Positions 45,488 through 53,556 of a stretch of 64,000 nt of DNA are shown piece by piece. Source of the stretch: an uncultured Pseudomonadales bacterium (GTDB lineage: Bacteria > Patescibacteriota > Microgenomatia > UBA1400 > UBA12108); assembly GCA_964507925.1 (NCBI GenBank), contig CAZDRB010000001.1, positions 15,072 through 79,071 of the forward strand, read 5' to 3'. The notes under the pieces are model-generated. The model searched no databases, was not told the origin of the DNA, and worked only from the letters and a program-made list of their open reading frames with translations. Every line of letters begins with the position of its first letter. Position 1 is the first letter of the stretch. Both the position numbers and the translations under genes were made by a program.

Positions 45488-45499
45488 ATTATATACTAG
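45488..45499 (+). promoter_or_regulatory. ATTATATACTAG motif (-10-like TATACT) 4 nt upstream of the ATG at 45504. Identical 12-mer at 52485-52496 before the ATG at 52501
   Basis: Read directly. Both copies lie in ~22-nt divergent spacers. Related ATTATACTAG at 15298-15307. Confidence 0.4.
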
Positions 45500-45503
45500 T
45501 CTT

Positions 45504-46118
45504 ATGAGGATACAGGAGATTTACGAGAAATATCAGATTATGCCCCAGCTCGTGACGCATATGCTCAGGGTTGCGGGAGTTGGAATAAAGATCCTCGAGG
45601 GGTGGAGTGATGAGATAGACCAAGGACTAGTGACCAAAGCACTACTTCTTCATGATATGGGCAATCTAGTCAAGTTTGATTTATCAAAGAATTTGATGCC
45701 GATCGAGAATATTGAGAAGTGGAAAATCTTGCAATCGGAATGGAGAGAAAAGTATGGTAGCGACGCATACCAGGCGACAATGAAGATTATGGACGAGCTA
45801 GGGGAGAAAGAGGTCGCAACAATTCTCGAGGAGGAGCATGCAGGATATTATGCTGGAGATACTGGACTCATCATCAAGCAGTCGTGGCCGGCCAAGATCC
45901 TCGCATACGCTGATATGCGTGTCACGCCTGCCGGAGTGGTGCCACTAGTCGAGCGCATCGCTGACCTTCATTCTAGGTATGGGGGTGAGATTGCTTGGTA
46001 TGGATTTTTGTATGAACTTGAGGTAGATATTAAACGAATGACGATAACTGATCTTGCCGCCATTACCGAAAAAGAAATATTGCCAAGTATTGACAACTTA
46101 TTAAAGTTGGTGATATAG
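45504..46118 (+). CDS. HD-domain phosphohydrolase
   Basis: HMLRVAG ... LLLHDMGN ... EEEHAGYY ... AYADMRV (H..HD..H..H..D). 204 aa. Confidence 0.7.
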   Translation: MRIQEIYEKYQIMPQLVTHMLRVAGVGIKILEGWSDEIDQGLVTKALLLHDMGNLVKFDLSKNLMPIENIEKWKILQSEWREKYGSDAYQATMKIMDELGEKEVATILEEEHAGYYAGDTGLIIKQSWPAKILAYADMRVTPAGVVPLVERIADLHSRYGGEIAWYGFLYELEVDIKRMTITDLAAITEKEILPSIDNLLKLVI

Positions 46119-46129
46119 TTCCAGAAATT

Positions 46130-46372
46130 AATAAAAAGGCGTTACAGTTTGGTTTCCCGCCAAACGAGCTGAGTACGATGAGTACTACGGAAGTCAACCG
46201 TAAAATACGACAAAGCGTGTCGGCAACGGAGCGCAGATAATAAGCAATAGCTTACATACTGACTCCACCGCAAGGTGGTTTTTTTGTAAGCTAACGGAAG
46301 CAAGGTGGTACCACGAGCTAACCTCGTCCTTGTCTATCAGATAATTCTGGTGGGCGAAGACGAGGTTTTTTT
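46130..46372 (+). promoter_or_regulatory. T-box riboswitch leader (predicted tRNA-Pro-responsive) with canonical antiterminator/terminator
   Basis: T-box sequence AAGGUGGUACCACGAG (46302-46317). Helix A1 CAAGG/CCUUG, 7-nt bulge UGGUACC, helix A2 ACGAG/CUCGU. Competing terminator CCUCGUC (46322-28) / GACGAGG (46359-65) plus U7. Upstream hairpin CCACC-GCAA-GGUGG (stem III-like). Operon encodes proline synthesis and ProRS. Confidence 0.65.
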
Positions 46373-46414
46373 ATTAGAGAAACACTAAAAAAATATATAA
46401 AGGAGATAAGTAAT

Positions 46415-47473
46415 ATGAAAATTATGAATGTCGAGTCACTAACCGAGTTAGTGCAGAAACACGGATTTAATAACTACCTACTGGGTCTGATGAAGGCGCT
46501 CAAACACGACTTTGGGAAATGGCAATCATTTACCAAAATGCCCAGACCTGCCATGCATGTTCCAGGCGGCGTATTGGAGCTTATGCCTATTTGTGATAAT
46601 GAAAATTATTACACATTTAAATATGTTAACTGCCATCCTAATAATCCCTTTATAGGTCAGCAGACTGTGGTTGCCACTGGTCAACTATCGAGAATTGATA
46701 CTGGCTATCCTCTGATGTTTAGCGAAATGACTGTGCTCACTGCCCTTCGAACAGCCGCTACTGCATCTCTTGCAACTGACTTAATGGCTCGCAAGAACGC
46801 ACGGGTTTTGGCTCTAATTGGAAATGGTGCTCAAAGCGAATTTCAAGTTAAGGGCCAACAGTTGGTGCGTGATATTAGCGAAGTTCGATTCTTTGATATT
46901 GATTCAAAGGCAATGGATAAATTTGAAAAAAATATGTCCACCTCCAGCCTTAAATTAACGAGATGCAATAGCGCCAAAGAAGCAACTCTGGGAGCGGATA
47001 TTATAACTGTGTGCACTGCCTGTAAGGCAAATGTCGATGTCATTAAGAATGATTGGGTTCAGGAAGGAGTGCATATTAACGCGCTCGGAGGAGACACGAT
47101 CGGCAAAACTGAGTTAGAACTTGGTATTTTGTCTCGAAGTCGCATAGTAGTTGAATACTTTGACCAATCGTACGTTGAGGGAGAAATTCAAAGGCTTGAC
47201 CATGATGAGGCGAAAAACCTAGTTTACGCTGAGATGCACGAGTTAGTTACTGGGCTTAAACGTGGACGCGATAATGATGGTGAAATAACTCTCTTTGACT
47301 CTGTTGGGATTGCGTTAGAAGATTACTCAGCACTAAGGTTTACCTATGATCTGGCAGAGAAATACAATCTGGGTGAGGAACGAAACCTTACGCCAGTGTT
47401 ATTAGATCCTAAGAATCTAATTGCGGTGCTAGATGATAAAACAACATATAATTTAATGGATAAGGAGACATAA
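46415..47473 (+). CDS. Ornithine cyclodeaminase (mu-crystallin family)
   Basis: 352 aa aligning along its length with P. putida OCD: FKYVNCHPNN, LTALRTAATASLA, ALIGNGAQSEFQ, NALGGDTIGKTEL, FDSVGIALEDY. Confidence 0.85.
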   Translation: MKIMNVESLTELVQKHGFNNYLLGLMKALKHDFGKWQSFTKMPRPAMHVPGGVLELMPICDNENYYTFKYVNCHPNNPFIGQQTVVATGQLSRIDTGYPLMFSEMTVLTALRTAATASLATDLMARKNARVLALIGNGAQSEFQVKGQQLVRDISEVRFFDIDSKAMDKFEKNMSTSSLKLTRCNSAKEATLGADIITVCTACKANVDVIKNDWVQEGVHINALGGDTIGKTELELGILSRSRIVVEYFDQSYVEGEIQRLDHDEAKNLVYAEMHELVTGLKRGRDNDGEITLFDSVGIALEDYSALRFTYDLAEKYNLGEERNLTPVLLDPKNLIAVLDDKTTYNLMDKET

Positions 47474-47474
47474 T

Positions 47475-47810
47475 ATGACAATATACGATGATTTTGTAAA
47501 GCTCGATATACGCGTGGGCAAGATAGTGGCGCTCGAGGACTTCCCAGAAGCAAAGAAGCCTGCATATAAACTGAAAATAGATTTTGGCGCTGAGATCGGC
47601 ACTAAAGTATCTAGTGCTCAGCTGGTCAAGCATTACACCAAAGAAGAGCTTGTGGGCAAAATGGTCATGGGAGTGGTTAACTTTCCTCCCCGCCAGATCG
47701 GACCATTCCAGTCAGAAGTACTCACGCTCGGAGTGCCCGACGAGACTCACGAGTGTATACTGGTAGTGCCAGATAAAAATGAAGCAATAATCGGTGGAAA
47801 ATTATTTTAA
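47475..47810 (+). CDS. tRNA-binding domain protein (CsaA/Trbp111-like)
   Basis: DFVKLDIRVGKIVALEDFPEAKKPAYKLKIDFG ... LVVPD is the EMAP/tRNA-binding OB fold. 111 aa, 1 nt after the ocd stop. Confidence 0.75.
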   Translation: MTIYDDFVKLDIRVGKIVALEDFPEAKKPAYKLKIDFGAEIGTKVSSAQLVKHYTKEELVGKMVMGVVNFPPRQIGPFQSEVLTLGVPDETHECILVVPDKNEAIIGGKLF

Positions 47811-47821
47811 AAAGGAGAATT

Positions 47822-49069
47822 ATGAAATACTCGAAAATGTTCGTCAAAACACTTAAGTCTGCTCCGTCTGGAGCAGATACTGCCAATCACCGCTTGCTCG
47901 TGCAGGCAGGATTTGTCAGACAAGTTATGGCTGGGGTATATACCTATCTCCCCTTGGGATTGCGGGTGCTCAACAAAATTGCAAACATTGTGCGTGAGGA
48001 AATGGACAAGATTGGAGGACAAGAGGTACTTATGCCCCTCCTCCACCCTGCTGATCTGTGGAAGCAAACAGGTGGGTGGGATATTGACGTGCTTTTTAAG
48101 ATTAAGAGCCGGACGGATAGGGACTATGCGCTTGCGCAAAGTAACGAAGAAACGGTCACCCCACTTGCCAAAGAGTGGATTCACTCGGCCAAAGATATGC
48201 CTCTCTCGATCTACCATATCAATTGGAAGTTCCGCGACGAATTACGGAGCAAATCAGGAATTTTGCGAGGCCGAGAGTTTTACATGAAAGACATGTATAG
48301 CTTTCATGCAACGCAAGAAGATTTTGACCTCAACTACAAAAAAGTTAAGGAGGCCTACCTCACGATCTTTAAACGACTGGGGCTTGTAGCCAAGGCGACC
48401 GAGGCCTCGGGAGGAGCATTCTCCGAAAAGATTAGTTATGAGTTTGAGGTTTTGACTCCTGCCGGCGAGGCGCCTGTATTGTACTGCGATAAGTGTGATT
48501 ACTGCGTCAATGTAGACGACATTAAGACTTATTCCGAGGGGGATGATTGCCCACTATGTAAAGACGATAAGCTCAAGAGCGCGATGGCCTCGGAGGTCGG
48601 CAATGTGTTTGATCTTGGACAAAAATATTCCAAGGCCTTTGATCTAAGTATTGTGGGTCAAGACGGAAAAAAAGAATATCCGATCATGGGCTGTTATGGA
48701 ATCGGAATTAGTCGGACCATGGGCGTGATCGTCGAAAAGTTTAACGATGAAAAGGGCATTATCTGGCCTGCCTCGGTTGCGCCATATACGGTACACCTAG
48801 TGAGCGTCAATACCAACGACAAGTCAGTGGTTAAGCGAGCTGAGGAAGTATATCAAGCTCTTATCAAGGCAGGTATCGAAGTTTTGTACGACGACCGAGA
48901 GTCAGTTGGCGCGGGGCAGAAGCTAGCGGAAGCGGACATGATCGGATGTCCGATCCGAGCTCTCGTGTCGACCAAATCAGGAGAACAGGTCGAGCTAAAA
49001 TATCGAAATAAAACCGAGTCCCAGCTGGTAAGCTTGGACGAGCTGATAGAGACTGCAAAGACTATTTGA
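47822..49069 (+). CDS. proS: Prolyl-tRNA synthetase (bacterial type lacking the editing insertion)
   Basis: N-terminal region (HRLLVQAGFVRQVMAGVYTYLPLG) and WKFRDELRSKSGILRGREFYMKDMYSFH closely parallel E. coli ProRS motifs 1-2. C-terminal zinc-like CDKCDYC and anticodon-binding domain. 415 aa. Confidence 0.9.
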   Translation: MKYSKMFVKTLKSAPSGADTANHRLLVQAGFVRQVMAGVYTYLPLGLRVLNKIANIVREEMDKIGGQEVLMPLLHPADLWKQTGGWDIDVLFKIKSRTDRDYALAQSNEETVTPLAKEWIHSAKDMPLSIYHINWKFRDELRSKSGILRGREFYMKDMYSFHATQEDFDLNYKKVKEAYLTIFKRLGLVAKATEASGGAFSEKISYEFEVLTPAGEAPVLYCDKCDYCVNVDDIKTYSEGDDCPLCKDDKLKSAMASEVGNVFDLGQKYSKAFDLSIVGQDGKKEYPIMGCYGIGISRTMGVIVEKFNDEKGIIWPASVAPYTVHLVSVNTNDKSVVKRAEEVYQALIKAGIEVLYDDRESVGAGQKLAEADMIGCPIRALVSTKSGEQVELKYRNKTESQLVSLDELIETAKTI

Positions 49070-50771
49070 CAGTCACTGACTTGGCAAGGTTGCGCGGCAT
49101 GTCGGGATCAAGATTTTTGGCAAGGGCGAGATAGTATCCCAATAGTTGAAACGGAATCACGTTCAAGATAGGTGAGATAATCTCGTCGTCTTCTACCTTG
49201 ATCCAGTCGTCAAAGACCTCTTCTTTTTTTGGTCCTATGCCTATAATCCAGGCGCCTCTTGCCTTGAGCTCCATCGCTCCTGAGAGAACATTGTCACGCT
49301 CCTCCCCCTCGTCGACTATTACCAAGCAAGGCGTTCCTTTGTCGATGAGCGCAATCACTCCGTGTTTGAGCTCTCCACCGGCAAATCCCTCAGCATGGAG
49401 ATAGGAGATCTCCTTCATTTTGAGAGCACCTTCGAGTGCGACTCCATAATTTTGTCCCCTGCCGATCACATATAGGTCAGAGTGTTTGGCAAGTTTGTCT
49501 GCCAAAGCCCAGAGCTTAAGTTCGAGCTCGGGCGTAAAAAACTCCTTGACTTCATTTACTGCCCTACTCACATCAATACGCTTTCCCAAGATTAGGTAAG
49601 CTGAGACTAGCATGTTGGTGAATGCCTTGGATGACACAACCGCTTTCTCGATACCCGCAAGGAGCGATACCCAGACATCTACCTCTCTAGAGAGAGTAGA
49701 TCCCGGAATGTTCACCAGGCCTATTATCTTGGCGCCTCGTGCCTTGGCATCTCGCATAGCCTGAATTGTGTCGATCGTTTCTCCTGACTGGGAGGCAAGT
49801 AGCACCGCAGAGTTTTTATCGACTAAGTGTACGAAGGAGTTAAACTCGCTAGCCGACACCGGAATGATTTGGATGTTGCTGTGCCGAGCAAAAAGATAGC
49901 TTGCAACAAGCATGGAGTAGTAGGCGGTCCCGCATCCGATTGCATAGACCACTTGAGCCTCGGTGAGCAGTTTTCTGGCCTTGATGATCTCGCGATCATC
50001 TGAGCTTATGCGCCTACCAATCGCCTCTACCTGATCATGTATTTCCTTGATAAAGTAGTGAGGATACTCGCCTAGCTCAACTATCTCTCGATCCATCTTG
50101 ATCTGGCTAAAAATGTGGCGTGAAGTTAGTTTGCCATTTTTGATTATGGCGATATCCCCGTCTTTGAGCACTGCTATATTGTCAGTACAAGCAAGGAGTG
50201 ACGGGATATCTGAGCTAATGTAGAGCTCGCCTCCTTTGCCCTGTCCGACGACAAGGGGAGAGCCATTTTTGCAGGCGACAAGATCGCCATTTTTGCTTAT
50301 CACAACTATTGTGTTGAACCCCTTGAGTTGGGCAAAACTTGCCTTGACAGCAGAGGCAAAGGCGAGCTTTTTTTGAGCCTCTTCAACAAGATGGGTGAAG
50401 ATCTCGGTATCTGTTTCTGAGACAAATTTGTGACCCTGATCAAGTAGTTTATTCTTGAGTTCGAGATAGTTTTCGATAATCCCGTTGTGGACTACCGAGA
50501 TATTTCCAGTGCAATCCAGGTGGGGATGGGCATTTTGATCAGTGACCCCGCCGTGAGTTGCCCAACGGGTATGACCAAGGGCTATTTTTGATGATCCAAG
50601 GGTTAACTGACTAGAGCCAATTTTCCCGACATGCTTTTCTAGCGCAAGTCCCCCGGATCCGGCTGCTACGATCCCCCATGAATCGTAACCTCTATACTCT
50701 AGTGACTTGAGGCCCTCAAAAACAATTTTTGTAGCATTGCCACTCCCAACGTAACCAAAAATTCCGCACAT
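49062..50771 (-). CDS. glmS: Glutamine--fructose-6-phosphate aminotransferase (GlcN6P synthase)
   Basis: MCGIFGYVGS (N-terminal nucleophile Cys2), two SIS domains, C-terminal SVTVK-like tail. 569 aa. Confidence 0.9.
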   Translation of the reverse strand: MCGIFGYVGSGNATKIVFEGLKSLEYRGYDSWGIVAAGSGGLALEKHVGKIGSSQLTLGSSKIALGHTRWATHGGVTDQNAHPHLDCTGNISVVHNGIIENYLELKNKLLDQGHKFVSETDTEIFTHLVEEAQKKLAFASAVKASFAQLKGFNTIVVISKNGDLVACKNGSPLVVGQGKGGELYISSDIPSLLACTDNIAVLKDGDIAIIKNGKLTSRHIFSQIKMDREIVELGEYPHYFIKEIHDQVEAIGRRISSDDREIIKARKLLTEAQVVYAIGCGTAYYSMLVASYLFARHSNIQIIPVSASEFNSFVHLVDKNSAVLLASQSGETIDTIQAMRDAKARGAKIIGLVNIPGSTLSREVDVWVSLLAGIEKAVVSSKAFTNMLVSAYLILGKRIDVSRAVNEVKEFFTPELELKLWALADKLAKHSDLYVIGRGQNYGVALEGALKMKEISYLHAEGFAGGELKHGVIALIDKGTPCLVIVDEGEERDNVLSGAMELKARGAWIIGIGPKKEEVFDDWIKVEDDEIISPILNVIPFQLLGYYLALAKNLDPDMPRNLAKSVTVK

Positions 50772-50799
50772 ATTTGCTCCTTCGGAGAATTTTTAATTC

Positions 50800-51045
50800 T
50801 CAATTTACAATTTACAAATGAAAGATAGTATTGGAGCAAGTCTTTGTTGATTTGAACTTGTCCTTTTTAGGTAGATACTAGCTACCTGAGGGTTTCCGCT
50901 GATTACTTCGACTCACTGCGTTCGCTCAGTACAAGCCTTCTTCGCAATGCTTCGAGTTCGATTTCCCGACGTATTCGTCGGGACCCTCCTCCTCGTACCC
51001 CCCGTCGCCAAAGGCTATGGTGGGGCCAGACGCCCGTAAAGTTGT
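50800..51045 (-). ncRNA. Candidate glmS ribozyme/riboswitch in the glmS 5' UTR
   Basis: On the minus strand the UTR contains GUACGAGGAGGAGG (rc of 50986-50997), cf. consensus GACGAGGAGGAGG. Then AAUCGAA, CUGAGCGAACGCAG (cf. CUGAGUGUGCAG) and GUAA segments in the consensus order, with an inserted perfect hairpin CCCGACG-AAUA-CGUCGGG. P1 region is degenerate. Confidence 0.45.
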
Positions 51046-51049
51046 CCTT

Positions 51050-52477
51050 TCAAGCTGAGTTTAGCACATTTTCAAAGCGTGCGAGTACCTTGTCTCTGCC
51101 AATCACCTCGATCGTCTCAAATAGTGGAGGGGTTGCTGTCTTGCCGGTCACGGCAACGCGGAGCATCATAAAGTATTGTCCAGGCTTCCATTCATTTGAT
51201 TCAGATAGAGATCTAATTTTTTGCTCAATATTTTCATGAGTCCAGTTTACTTGCTCAATAGTTGATAGCTCATGGTTTGTAGCTGATAGTTGTGCTTTAA
51301 CTTCGTCGACGCTCGATTTTTTGGTGAGCATGCTCAGGTCTACTGAGATGTCTCGATAGAAAAAATCAGATAACTCCTCAAAGTCTTTGAGCGTGACAAG
51401 GCGCTCTTTGATAAGAGGCAAAATACGCCCCACCATGTCCTCTGGGCAATCAGCCGGAATAAATGGTTCTAGGCGGGAGGCAAGATCGGCATCGGATAGT
51501 TCGCGGATATAGACACCGTTGAGCCAGTTAAGCTTGTCCAGATCATATACTGGGGCAGTTAGTGTCACGCGCTCGAGAGAAAAATGTTCTATAAATTCGC
51601 CCAATGCGAATACTTCTTTTTTGTCGGGATGCGACCATCCCATAAGTGCCAGAAAATTAAGAATAGCTTCTGGTAAGTAACCCTTGTCGCGGTGGGAGAG
51701 GATCGAGACGTCATTTTTCCTTTTGCTCATTTTGCTATGGTCTTTGTTTCTAATAATCGGGAGGTGGGCAAAAACTGGTAGATCCCAACCAAATGCTTGG
51801 TAGATCAAGATATGCTTGGGAGAGCTCGAGAGCCATTCCTCTCCACGAATGACGTGCGTAATACCCATAAGATGATCGTCTACGACGACAGCAAGATGAT
51901 AGGTTGGATAGCCGTCGGTTTTTAAGAGTACCTGATCGTCAATGCCTAAGTTTTGAAATTCAACGTCACCTCTAATTACGTCGTGACAAATGGTAGTTCC
52001 TGACTCTGGAACTTTAAGCCTGATAACATATGGCTCAGATTTACTTCGTTTTTCTGACTCTGATCGATCAAGATTGCGGCAATACTTATCATATCGAGGG
52101 AGCTGTTTTTGAGCTTGCTGGTCTGCGCGGACTTGCTCAAGTCGCTCTCTGGTACAAAAGCAGTAGTAGGCTCGATCATTTTTGACTAAGCTAAGTGCGT
52201 GCTCTTTGTAGATATTAAGCCTCTCTGATTGAGTATAGGGGGCGTGAGGACCGCCGACATTTGGACCTTCGTCGTTTGAGAGTCCCAGCCAAGAGAGGGC
52301 GTCAAAAATAACCTCAACCGCTCCTTCGACCTGACGCTCTCGATCAGTGTCTTCTATGCGGACAAGAAACTGTCCTTTGCCCTGCCTCGCGATAGCCAAG
52401 TTTCTCATAGCGATATAGGCAGTTCCGAGGTGGGCGATACCGGTAGGAGAAGGGGCAATTCGGGTGCGAATAGTCAT
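51050..52477 (-). CDS. gltX: Glutamyl-tRNA synthetase
   Basis: RIAPSPTGIAHLGTA (HIGH motif) and KMSKRKN (KMSKS). 475 aa. Confidence 0.9.
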   Translation of the reverse strand: MTIRTRIAPSPTGIAHLGTAYIAMRNLAIARQGKGQFLVRIEDTDRERQVEGAVEVIFDALSWLGLSNDEGPNVGGPHAPYTQSERLNIYKEHALSLVKNDRAYYCFCTRERLEQVRADQQAQKQLPRYDKYCRNLDRSESEKRSKSEPYVIRLKVPESGTTICHDVIRGDVEFQNLGIDDQVLLKTDGYPTYHLAVVVDDHLMGITHVIRGEEWLSSSPKHILIYQAFGWDLPVFAHLPIIRNKDHSKMSKRKNDVSILSHRDKGYLPEAILNFLALMGWSHPDKKEVFALGEFIEHFSLERVTLTAPVYDLDKLNWLNGVYIRELSDADLASRLEPFIPADCPEDMVGRILPLIKERLVTLKDFEELSDFFYRDISVDLSMLTKKSSVDEVKAQLSATNHELSTIEQVNWTHENIEQKIRSLSESNEWKPGQYFMMLRVAVTGKTATPPLFETIEVIGRDKVLARFENVLNSA

Positions 52478-52500
52478 GGGAAGTATTATATACTAGAGCT

Positions 52501-53550
52501 ATGGCTAGTCTTGGCGAAACAGCGGTGATTGCAAGAAAGGTGATCAAGTACGGTGCAATTACCCTTGCAGTCCTGATCATTGGTCGAGTCATTCTTGGAG
52601 CAATCACTACCTACTGGAAAAAAATTAACCCTCCTCCCCCACCTCCTCCTGACGTCCTTTTTGGCAAGTTGCCACGCATAGCTTTTCCGCAAAAAGATCA
52701 GCTGAGTTTGACCTATTCGCTCGAAACTCCAACAGGAGGCTTGCCATCCAAGCTCCCTGATCAATTTAAAGTCTTTTTTATGCCGATCAAAAAAGCCAAT
52801 CTCTTGGCTTATGACTTTGCCAAGGCGGTTGCAAATCGTCTGGATTTTATCCAGGATCCAGTCAAGCTCTCAGAAACTGATTACCGCTGGAACTCGCTAA
52901 GTCCGATCCCTTCGTCACTCACTATAAATATTATCACTGGCGCCTTTGTCCTAGACAAAAGATGGCAAGATGATCCAAGTTATCGAACGCCAAACAATTA
53001 TTTTGACGAAACCCAGGCAGTTGACCGAATGTACAACCTGCTCTCACGAGTCGAGCTCTTGCCAGAAGACATCAGGGACGGATCGTATACTATTCAATAC
53101 CTTAGAGCAGAGGGAGAGCAGATAGTGCCCGCGGTATCTCTCTCACAAGCGCATTTTGTGCAGGTCAATTTGTATCGTTCACCAGTTGATAATGTAGAAG
53201 TAGTCAACCCGAGAACTGACCAAGGTTTGATCACTGGGATCCTGGCCTTGCAAAGAGAAGATCCGCGACAGTTTGTGAGTTTGAACTACAATTATTTTCC
53301 GGTTAATTTGGAGCGCTTTGCAAGCTATCCCTTGATTGGGGTTGCGGAAGCGTGGCAGAGACTTCAACGGGGAGAAGGATTTGTTGCTGGGATCAAGCCG
53401 GGAGCACAGGAGGTGGTAATACGCGATATAGCTATTAAGTACTATGACCCTGATACTGCCCAGCAGTTTTTGCAACCAGTATATGTATTTTCGGGAGATC
53501 CAGATTTTGTAGCTTATGTTCCTGCTGTTTCGGATCAGTGGTTGGAGTAG
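52501..53550 (+). CDS. Hypothetical membrane-anchored protein with PPPPPPP linker (349 aa)
   Basis: N-terminal TM (ITLAVLIIGRVILGAITTYW), a 7-proline run, then a large extracytoplasmic domain with no known motif. Confidence 0.5.
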   Translation: MASLGETAVIARKVIKYGAITLAVLIIGRVILGAITTYWKKINPPPPPPPDVLFGKLPRIAFPQKDQLSLTYSLETPTGGLPSKLPDQFKVFFMPIKKANLLAYDFAKAVANRLDFIQDPVKLSETDYRWNSLSPIPSSLTINIITGAFVLDKRWQDDPSYRTPNNYFDETQAVDRMYNLLSRVELLPEDIRDGSYTIQYLRAEGEQIVPAVSLSQAHFVQVNLYRSPVDNVEVVNPRTDQGLITGILALQREDPRQFVSLNYNYFPVNLERFASYPLIGVAEAWQRLQRGEGFVAGIKPGAQEVVIRDIAIKYYDPDTAQQFLQPVYVFSGDPDFVAYVPAVSDQWLE

Positions 53551-53556
53551 AAAAAA

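Noticed and set aside
46265-46285. Hairpin CCACC-GCAA-GGUGG + U7 read as the terminator of the upstream HD gene
   Set aside because: It lies ~150 nt past that gene's stop and between the putative stem I region and the T-box antiterminator. This fits better as T-box stem III, though dual use cannot be excluded.
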